DNA from: Lutibacter sp.
GTDB taxonomy: Bacteria; Bacteroidota; Bacteroidia; Flavobacteriales; Flavobacteriaceae
Direction of reading: 5' to 3'
Assembly (NCBI GenBank): GCA_030590985.1
Contig: JAUVBX010000001.1
Span: 1 to 52,839 of the forward strand
DNA length: 52,839 nt
A model generated the notes under the pieces. That model was not told the origin of the DNA. It ran no database searches and saw only the letters and a program-made list of their open reading frames with translations. Shown in pieces: positions 45,848 through 52,839 of this stretch. The translations under genes were made by a program, and so were the position numbers. The first letter of the stretch is position 1. Every line of letters begins with the position of its first letter.

Positions 45848-47053
45848 ATGAATATTGAGCATAAACACAAGCAGTTTCCAAAATTATTTGGTTTTATATT
45901 TACACTTTTCTTTTTATTTTCCACAAACATTAATGCACAAGATGCTGGAAATGGGAAAAAATTATTTGCAGAAAAAGGCTGTATAGGATGTCATACACTA
46001 GAAACTAGGTTAGTAGGACCACCGTTAAAGGGAATTACAGAAAAAAGAGAGAAAGAATGGCTCTACCAATTTATCAAGGATAGTCAAAAATTTAAGGAGA
46101 CTGATGCTGATGCAAAAGCTATCATTGAGGAATTTGGTAATATTCCTATGCCAGTTAACTCATTATCTAATGAGGAGATAGATGATATATTAGCTTATAC
46201 AACAGGAGAACCAGCTAAAGAAGAAGAAGTTGCTGTTGAAACTGAAGTTGAAACCACATCAGAAAATGTTGTAGTTTCTACAAATTCGTATGAAGATTTT
46301 GAAGCAACATCAAGTAATTGGTGGTGGCAACCAATAGTGTTACTGTTGTTTGTAGTATTAATTTATTTCTTCGCAAAGATTAAACAAAATTTTGCAGCAA
46401 TCTTTTTTACAATTATTGCTTTATTCAGTACGGCTTACTTTTTATTCGCTTACCTAATGCAAATAGGGATTGAAACAGGATACAAACCAATACAACCTAT
46501 AGAATTTTCTCACAAAGTCCATGCAGGCGATAACGGTATTGATTGTGAATATTGTCATGCATCAGCAAAACACAGTAGAACTTCTGGTATTCCTACAACA
46601 AATGTTTGTATGAATTGTCATAAATCTATCAGTGAATATAATGGAGAAACTTTTGGAGGACAAGACAAGGAATTCTTCGATGCTCAAATAGCAAAAGTTC
46701 ACGCAGCTGCCGGTTGGGAACCATCTGAATTTGCTTACACAAGCGCAGGCAAAGCAGTGGAATGGACACGTGTACATAATCTACCAGATTTTGTTTATTA
46801 TAACCACTCTCAACACGTAAGTGTAGCAGGCTTAGAATGTCAAACATGTCACGGACCCGTTGAAGAAATGCATAGAGTTGAGCAATATTCTCCATTAACA
46901 ATGGACTGGTGTATAACTTGCCACCAAGACACTAATGTTAAAATGAGTGAAAATGGTTATTATTCAGGAACTTATGAACATCTTAAAGAAGCACATGAGG
47001 GAGCTACTGTAGCAGATATGGGTGGTAGAGAATGTGGTAAGTGTCACTATTAA
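45848..47053 (+). CDS. actA: Alternative complex III subunit ActA, multihaem cytochrome c with six CxxCH motifs
   Basis: 401 aa. CIGCH in an N-terminal class-I-like domain, two central TM segments, then CEYCH, CMNCH, CQTCH, CITCH and CGKCH. First gene of an actABCDEF-ordered operon. Confidence 0.9.
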   Translation: MNIEHKHKQFPKLFGFIFTLFFLFSTNINAQDAGNGKKLFAEKGCIGCHTLETRLVGPPLKGITEKREKEWLYQFIKDSQKFKETDADAKAIIEEFGNIPMPVNSLSNEEIDDILAYTTGEPAKEEEVAVETEVETTSENVVVSTNSYEDFEATSSNWWWQPIVLLLFVVLIYFFAKIKQNFAAIFFTIIALFSTAYFLFAYLMQIGIETGYKPIQPIEFSHKVHAGDNGIDCEYCHASAKHSRTSGIPTTNVCMNCHKSISEYNGETFGGQDKEFFDAQIAKVHAAAGWEPSEFAYTSAGKAVEWTRVHNLPDFVYYNHSQHVSVAGLECQTCHGPVEEMHRVEQYSPLTMDWCITCHQDTNVKMSENGYYSGTYEHLKEAHEGATVADMGGRECGKCHY

Positions 47054-47089
47054 TAAATTAAATTTCAGCAATACCTTATTATATATAAT

Positions 47090-50000
47090 ATGGCATCAAA
47101 TAAAAAATATTGGATTAGTACAGAAGAACTAAAAAAAGACTCTTCCTTAGTAGATAATCTTAATCAAAAAGAATTTTTAGAAGAAATACCAACAGATGAG
47201 TTCTTGGGAAATAAGGAAGCTTTAGATGCTTCATCTCCTTCTCGTCGTGACTTTTTAAAATATGTCGGTTTTTCTACAGCTGCGGCTACTTTAGCTTCTT
47301 GTGAAGGACCTGTTCGTAAAGCTATTCCTTATGTGGTGAAACCTGAAGATATTACACCTGGTGTGGCGAATTATTATGCTACAACGATGTTTAATGGGTA
47401 TGATTTCGCTAATATTTTAGTAAAAACACGTGAAGGACGGCCAATCAAAATTGAACCTAATAAAGAAGCAGCAGGAAGTACAAATGCAAGAGTACAGGCG
47501 TCTGTATTATCACTTTATGATAATGCACGATTAAAAGGCCCTAAACATAATGGAGAAAAAATTAGTTGGGAAGATTTAGATAAAAATATTACAACTGAAT
47601 TAAGTGAAGTTTTTGCTTCAGGTAAGGAGGTAGTTTTATTGACTGGTACCTGTGCAAGTCCTTCTACTCATAAGTTAATGATGCAGTTTCAAGAGAAGTT
47701 TGGGAAAGTACGACACGTAGTATATGATGCTGTTTCTGAATCTACAGCTTTAGATGCTTTTGAAGCAATGTATGGTGAACGCATGTTGCCAGATTATAAT
47801 TTTTCTAAGGCAAAAACAATCGTTTCTATTGGAGCTGATTTCTTGGGGGATTGGCAAGGTGGTGGCTTTGAAAAAAGTTATATGGAGGGTCGTAAACCTG
47901 AGTTAGGTACTATGTCTCAACATATACAGATAGAAGCAAATATGTCACTTACTGGTGCCAATGCTGATAAACGTATTACACTAAAACCTTCACAGCAAGT
48001 ATTTGCATTAATCAATTTATATAATGCGGTAACTGGAGGTAGTTTACCATCTCAAACAACTCCTACAGACGAAGCAATTAAAGCTTTGGCAGAGAAATTA
48101 AAGAGTGCAGGTAGTCAAGCTGTTGTAATAACTGGTATTCACGATAAAAATGCCCAAATTTTAGCATTAGCTATTAATGATGCTTTAGGATCTACAATTA
48201 TTGATAAAGTAAATACTAAAAATATCCGTCACGGTAATGATGCTGATGTAGCTTCTTTAATTAAGGATATGAAAGAGGGAAAAATAGGTGCTTTATTAAC
48301 GTATAATACAAATCCAGTTTTTACCCTACCAAACAGTACAGCTTTTGTTGATGGATTGGGTAAAGTTGATTTAAGTATTGCTTTTTCAATGAATGAAGAT
48401 GAAACTGCCAAAGTAATGCAATATGCTCTAGCTGTTCCTCATTATTTAGAATCTTGGGGTGATGTTATGCATCAAAAAGGACAGTATAGTATTGTTCAAC
48501 CTACTATTAAACCATTATTTTATACAAGACAGTTTCAAGATACTATCTTATCATGGATGGGTAGTGATCAATCTTTCTATGATTTTATGAAATCAAATTT
48601 TGAAGGAGATTGGAATCAAGCAATTCACGATGGTTTTGTAAAGTCAAATTATACACCTGAAGAAAAAGAAGCTTTTGAAAGTACTGTTGATTTAGCATCT
48701 GTTGGTGTTGAATTAGCGAATACAAAATCAAATGATTTAGAGTTAGCTTTATATACAAAAGTATCTATGGGTGATGGACAAATGGCAAACAATCCTTGGT
48801 TACAAGAATTGCCAGATCCGATTACACGTGCCTCATGGGATAACTACATAACCATGTCACCAGTTGATGCAGAAACCTATGGTATAGAGAACTCAACAGC
48901 TGATAATGGAGCACTAGATGGAGATACTATTGATGTAACAGTAAATGGCATAACAATTAATAATATACCTGTTTATATTCAACCAGGTCAAGCTGTTGGA
49001 TCTATAGGTTTAGCACTTGGTTATGGTCGTACAGAAGGAGTTAAAGAAGAAATGAATCAGGGAGTAAATGCTTTTAAATTCTATAAAGGCTTTAAGAATA
49101 ACCAATCTGATGTTATTATAAGTGCTCCAAATGGCACTCACGAGTTTGCATGTGTTCAATTGCACCATACTTTAGCAGGTCGTCATGATATTTTAAAAGA
49201 GGTTACCTTACATGACTACCAACACGAAGATAGTCACCACTGGAATCATAAACATACATATTCATTAGACCATCAACCTGTAAGCGCAGAAAAAGCTGAT
49301 CTTTGGACATCTTTTGATGATTCTACAGGTCATAAGTTTAATTTATCAATTGACTTAACAGCCTGTACAGGATGTGCGGCTTGTGTTATAGCTTGTCATG
49401 CAGAAAATAATGTACCTGTAGTAGGAAAAACGGAGGTTCGAAATAGTCGTGATATGCACTGGTTACGAATAGATAGATATTATTCATCTGATGTACCTTC
49501 ACGTGAAGCTGCGAAAGAAGAAGGACTAGGTCGTGTAGAAACATATCATGGTTTAGAACGTGTAGCAGATAATCCACAGGTTGCATTTCAACCAGTAATG
49601 TGCCAGCATTGTAATCATGCTCCATGTGAAACAGTTTGTCCTGTTGCGGCAACTTCACACGGTAAACAAGGTCAAAATCAAATGGCATATAACCGTTGCG
49701 TAGGTACACGTTATTGTGCTAATAACTGTCCGTATCGTGTGCGTCGTTTTAACTGGTTCAGATATAACGAAAATGATGAGTTTGATTATACTATGAATGA
49801 TGATTATAGCAAAATGGTCTTAAACCCAGATGTAGTTGTTCGGTCACGTGGTGTTATGGAGAAATGTTCATTGTGTATTCAAATGACACAAGCAACTGTA
49901 CTTGAAGCGAAAAAAGAAGGGCGTATCATTAAAGATGGGGAGTTCCAAACTGCATGTGTAAGTGCTTGTAGTACCAATGCCTTGGTATTTGGAGATGTCA

Positions 50001-50122
50001 ATGATAAAGATAGTAAAATTACCAGTCTTGTTGAAGATAAACGAGCTTATCATTTGTTAGATTTTGTTGGAACTAAACCTAATGTGGTCTATCAAGTAAA
50101 AGTAAGAAACGAAGAAGTGTAA
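47090..50122 (+). CDS. actB: Alternative complex III subunit ActB (TAT-variant-translocated molybdopterin-oxidoreductase-like domain fused to a 4Fe-4S ferredoxin domain)
   Basis: 1010 aa. SRRDFLKYVGFSTAAATLASC about 50 aa from the N-terminus. C-terminal Cys clusters CTGCAACVIAC, CQHCNHAPCETVCP, CVGTRYCANNCP and CSLC. Confidence 0.92.
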   Translation: MASNKKYWISTEELKKDSSLVDNLNQKEFLEEIPTDEFLGNKEALDASSPSRRDFLKYVGFSTAAATLASCEGPVRKAIPYVVKPEDITPGVANYYATTMFNGYDFANILVKTREGRPIKIEPNKEAAGSTNARVQASVLSLYDNARLKGPKHNGEKISWEDLDKNITTELSEVFASGKEVVLLTGTCASPSTHKLMMQFQEKFGKVRHVVYDAVSESTALDAFEAMYGERMLPDYNFSKAKTIVSIGADFLGDWQGGGFEKSYMEGRKPELGTMSQHIQIEANMSLTGANADKRITLKPSQQVFALINLYNAVTGGSLPSQTTPTDEAIKALAEKLKSAGSQAVVITGIHDKNAQILALAINDALGSTIIDKVNTKNIRHGNDADVASLIKDMKEGKIGALLTYNTNPVFTLPNSTAFVDGLGKVDLSIAFSMNEDETAKVMQYALAVPHYLESWGDVMHQKGQYSIVQPTIKPLFYTRQFQDTILSWMGSDQSFYDFMKSNFEGDWNQAIHDGFVKSNYTPEEKEAFESTVDLASVGVELANTKSNDLELALYTKVSMGDGQMANNPWLQELPDPITRASWDNYITMSPVDAETYGIENSTADNGALDGDTIDVTVNGITINNIPVYIQPGQAVGSIGLALGYGRTEGVKEEMNQGVNAFKFYKGFKNNQSDVIISAPNGTHEFACVQLHHTLAGRHDILKEVTLHDYQHEDSHHWNHKHTYSLDHQPVSAEKADLWTSFDDSTGHKFNLSIDLTACTGCAACVIACHAENNVPVVGKTEVRNSRDMHWLRIDRYYSSDVPSREAAKEEGLGRVETYHGLERVADNPQVAFQPVMCQHCNHAPCETVCPVAATSHGKQGQNQMAYNRCVGTRYCANNCPYRVRRFNWFRYNENDEFDYTMNDDYSKMVLNPDVVVRSRGVMEKCSLCIQMTQATVLEAKKEGRIIKDGEFQTACVSACSTNALVFGDVNDKDSKITSLVEDKRAYHLLDFVGTKPNVVYQVKVRNEEV

Positions 50123-50181
50123 ATAATATATACGGAGTTCGGAATACGAAAAACGAAACAAAAACATAAAATAATTAAAAT

Positions 50182-51579
50182 ATGTCTCATTACGAATCAC
50201 CTTATAGAGAGCCGTTGATTTTAGGAAAAAAATCCTATCACGATATTTCTGTAGATATTGCAAGACCTATTGAATCTAGAGCCAATAGAAATTGGTGGAT
50301 TGCCTTTACCATTGCGCTTATTGCTTTTTTATGGGGAATAGGAGCTATTACTTATACCATCGGTACGGGTATTGGTACTTGGGGTTTACATAAAAATATT
50401 GGATGGGCATGGGATATCACCAACTTCGTATGGTGGGTTGGTATTGGTCATGCAGGAACATTGATTTCAGCAGTATTATTGTTATTCCGCCAAGAATGGC
50501 GTATGGCAATTAATAGATCTGCTGAAGCCATGACTATTTTTGCAGTTTTCCAAGCAGGTTTGTTTCCAATGATCCATATGGGTCGTATTTGGGATGGCTA
50601 CTGGACTTTACCAATTCCTAACCAATTTGGTAGCCTTTGGGTAAATTTTAACTCACCATTACTTTGGGATGTATTTGCAATTTCAACCTATTTATCCGTT
50701 TCTATGGTTTTTTGGTGGACTGGTTTGTTACCTGATTTTGCGATGATTCGTGATAGAGCCGTAAGACCTTTTCAAAAGAAAATATACAGTTTAGTAAGTT
50801 TTGGATGGTCTGGAAGAGCCAAAGATTGGCAACGATTTGAAGAAGTATCTTTGGTATTAGCTGGTTTAGCAACTCCATTAGTATTATCAGTACACACTAT
50901 TGTATCGATGGACTTTGCTACTTCAATAAATCCAGGTTGGCATAGTACGATTTTCCCTCCTTACTTTGTTGCAGGTGCAATTTTCTCAGGATTTGCCATG
51001 GTGCAAACTTTATTAGGTATTATGCGTAAAGTAACTAACCTTGAAAACTATATAACACGTAAGCATATTGAAAATATGAATATGGTTATTTTGCTAACAG
51101 GCGGTATCGTTGCTACAGCATATATTACTGAATTTTTTGTAGGATGGTATACAGGTAGTCCTTATGAAAACTTTACCTATATGTCAGTAGGAGCTGCAAC
51201 TGGTCCTTATTGGTGGGCATTTTGGTCACTTATATTATTTAATATTGCAATTCCTCAATTATTATGGTTTAAAAATATACGTACCAGTTTTATCGGGTCA
51301 TTCTTAATCTCAATTGCAATAAATATTGGTATGTGGTTTGAACGCTTCGATATCATTGCAATAGTATTGAGTAAGGGTCATTTACCTTCTACTTGGTCAC
51401 GTTTTGAACCAACTTTTGTAGACATCGGAATATTTATAGGAACTCTAGGATTTTTCTTTGTATTGTTTTTGTTATATGCACGTACATTCCCAGTAATTGC
51501 ACAAGCAGAAGTTAAAACAATATTGAAGAAAACAGGACAATATCATAAAAACTTAAGAGCCAATAACAGTCATGAGTAA
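50182..51579 (+). CDS. actC: Alternative complex III subunit ActC (NrfD/PsrC-like quinol-interacting membrane subunit)
   Basis: 465 aa, polytopic. Position and length match ActC. Confidence 0.9.
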   Translation: MSHYESPYREPLILGKKSYHDISVDIARPIESRANRNWWIAFTIALIAFLWGIGAITYTIGTGIGTWGLHKNIGWAWDITNFVWWVGIGHAGTLISAVLLLFRQEWRMAINRSAEAMTIFAVFQAGLFPMIHMGRIWDGYWTLPIPNQFGSLWVNFNSPLLWDVFAISTYLSVSMVFWWTGLLPDFAMIRDRAVRPFQKKIYSLVSFGWSGRAKDWQRFEEVSLVLAGLATPLVLSVHTIVSMDFATSINPGWHSTIFPPYFVAGAIFSGFAMVQTLLGIMRKVTNLENYITRKHIENMNMVILLTGGIVATAYITEFFVGWYTGSPYENFTYMSVGAATGPYWWAFWSLILFNIAIPQLLWFKNIRTSFIGSFLISIAINIGMWFERFDIIAIVLSKGHLPSTWSRFEPTFVDIGIFIGTLGFFFVLFLLYARTFPVIAQAEVKTILKKTGQYHKNLRANNSHE

Positions 51580-52117
51580 AAAATATTATACAGTACTTGC
51601 TTCATATAAAGATGATGAAGTATTAATGGATGCAGTAAAAAGCATTCGTGATGCTAAACATGATATAGAGGAGATTTTTACACCTTTTCCTGTTCATGGT
51701 TTAGATAAAGCTATGGGTTTAAAGCCTACACGAATTGCAATAGCTTCTTTTCTATTTGGTCTAACAGGATTTTTTACAGCCGTATGGCTTACTAATTATA
51801 CAATGATCCAAGATTGGCCACAGAATTTAGGTGGAAAACCAAACTTTTCTTATGAAGAAAATGTATTGGGTTGGGTTACCATATTATTTGAGTTAACTGT
51901 GTTTTTTGCCGCGCATTTAATGGTAATAACTTTCTATTTGCGTAGTAGATTATGGCCTTGGAAAAAAGCAGAAAATCCATATCCTAGCACAACTGATGAT
52001 ACTTTTGTAATAGAATTAGATGTAACTGAGAATTTAAAAGAGTTACAATCTTTATTAAAAAAAACAGGAGCTACAGAAATTGACGTAACCGAAAAAACAG
52101 AGGAAGATTATGAATAA
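51572..52117 (+). CDS. actD: Alternative complex III subunit ActD (DUF3341)
   Basis: 181 aa with two TM segments. 8-nt ATGAGTAA overlap with actC. Confidence 0.85.
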   Translation: MSKKYYTVLASYKDDEVLMDAVKSIRDAKHDIEEIFTPFPVHGLDKAMGLKPTRIAIASFLFGLTGFFTAVWLTNYTMIQDWPQNLGGKPNFSYEENVLGWVTILFELTVFFAAHLMVITFYLRSRLWPWKKAENPYPSTTDDTFVIELDVTENLKELQSLLKKTGATEIDVTEKTEEDYE

Positions 52118-52649
52118 AATATTTTTAGCCTTTTTGGCAGGGATTCTATTGTTGACGTCTTGTTCACGTGATCGCAGTAAACCTAATATTCAATACATGC
52201 CAGATATGTACGTGTCTATTCCTTACGATCCGTATGGTATAAATGATAAAATGAGTGATGGTATGGTAGCGCAAACACCTCCTATTGGTGCGATTGCAAG
52301 AGGTAAAATGCCTTTTAGTTTCCCAGAAGGATTAGAAGGGTATGCATTAGCAAAAGACAGTTTAAAATCTCCTCTAGCTGTAAATTCTGCTAATTATAAT
52401 AATGGTAAAAAGATGTATGCTATCTATTGTGCAATATGCCATGGAGAGAAAGGAGATGGACAAGGAAATCTTGTAAAACGTGAAAAATTCTTCGGTGTAC
52501 CTGCTTTTAAAGATAGAGATATAACAGATGGAAGTATATACCATGTAATTTATTACGGTCGTAATATGATGGGTTCACATGCCTCTCAATTAACAGAAAA
52601 TGAAAGATGGCAAGTTGTACAATATGTACAAAAATTAAAAAATAAATAA
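52110..52649 (+). CDS. actE: Alternative complex III subunit ActE (monohaem cytochrome c lipoprotein)
   Basis: 179 aa. Lipobox LLLTSC, single CAICH motif. 8-nt overlap with actD. Confidence 0.88.
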   Translation: MNKIFLAFLAGILLLTSCSRDRSKPNIQYMPDMYVSIPYDPYGINDKMSDGMVAQTPPIGAIARGKMPFSFPEGLEGYALAKDSLKSPLAVNSANYNNGKKMYAIYCAICHGEKGDGQGNLVKREKFFGVPAFKDRDITDGSIYHVIYYGRNMMGSHASQLTENERWQVVQYVQKLKNK

Positions 52650-52681
52650 TACAATTTAATTGTAATTTGAATAAAAAACCT

Positions 52682-52839
52682 ATGTATCAATTTTCAGGTA
52701 AATTAAAAAGTATAGCAATAGCACTGATGGTAATCGGTGTGTTAGGTATTGGTTATGGATTTTTTGAAGGTGCGGGCAAAACCATTGATGATGCCAAAGA
52801 AGCTATAGAACATCACGAAGCTGAAGCAGCTCATAAAGC
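52682..52839 (+). CDS. actF: Alternative complex III subunit ActF, N-terminal fragment (continues beyond the right window edge)
   Basis: Not in the track. From the ATG at 52682: MYQFSGKLKSIAIALMVIGVLGIGYGFFEGAGKTIDDAKEAIEHHEAEAAHK..., open to the end of the window. Position after actE. Confidence 0.7.
   Translation, partial: MYQFSGKLKSIAIALMVIGVLGIGYGFFEGAGKTIDDAKEAIEHHEAEAAHK

Noticed and set aside
1-52839. Search for CRISPR arrays, transposases/IS ends, integrases, prophage genes, toxin-antitoxin pairs, reverse transcriptases or known defence-system genes
   Set aside because: None seen. There are no arrays of spaced direct repeats, no recombinase-like ORFs and no long terminal inverted repeats. 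Gene content is core metabolism plus surface proteins, so I make no mobile-element or defence call.

Overview
This is an AT-rich chromosomal segment (about one-third G+C by eye) that looks like a Flavobacteriia (Bacteroidota) genome. The evidence is several secreted proteins ending in T9SS-type C-terminal sorting domains, TAnnTTTG '-7' promoter boxes with no Shine-Dalgarno sequences, a complete alternative complex III (actABCDEF) operon, and DUF4293/DUF177-type genes. Most of the window is housekeeping. It includes asnA, ansA, a polyprenyl synthase translationally coupled to pabB, an unlinked pabA, the yceD-rpmF / fabH-accB-accC block, pdxA, pbpC, rseP, feoAB, truA, an SCO protein and one tRNA(CAT). 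I found no rRNA, CRISPR array, transposase, integrase, phage gene or recognisable defence island.

Two real genes are missing from the supplied ORF track because they run off the window. One is a 962-codon open frame on the minus strand at 1..2886, encoding a surface protein with HYR-like, lamin-tail-like and P-domain regions. The other is the start of actF at 52682. A 37-aa FeoB-associated Cys-rich ORF (34443..34556) is also absent from the track. The zinc-metallopeptidase gene at 10782..11455 is split by a 1-nt frameshift just upstream of its HEVGH motif.

I could not identify a clear-cut new multi-gene system. The best candidates for a second look are:
- A 602-aa orphan protein with FabK/nitronate-monooxygenase-like flavin TIM-barrel motifs plus a Cys cluster. 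It sits behind an Lrp/AsnC regulator and a perfect 22-bp palindrome.
- A 63-aa protein that consists only of a signal peptide, a Pro-rich linker and a PIDGG-TM-KKK tail resembling a C-terminal sorting signal.
- Homopolymeric C/G tracts and a hairpin in the promoter region of a TPR sensor kinase.
- A stand-alone Aer-type PAS protein.
- A sulfide:quinone-oxidoreductase-like cluster with a 380-nt upstream region.

All family assignments come from motif recognition by eye, not from database searches.
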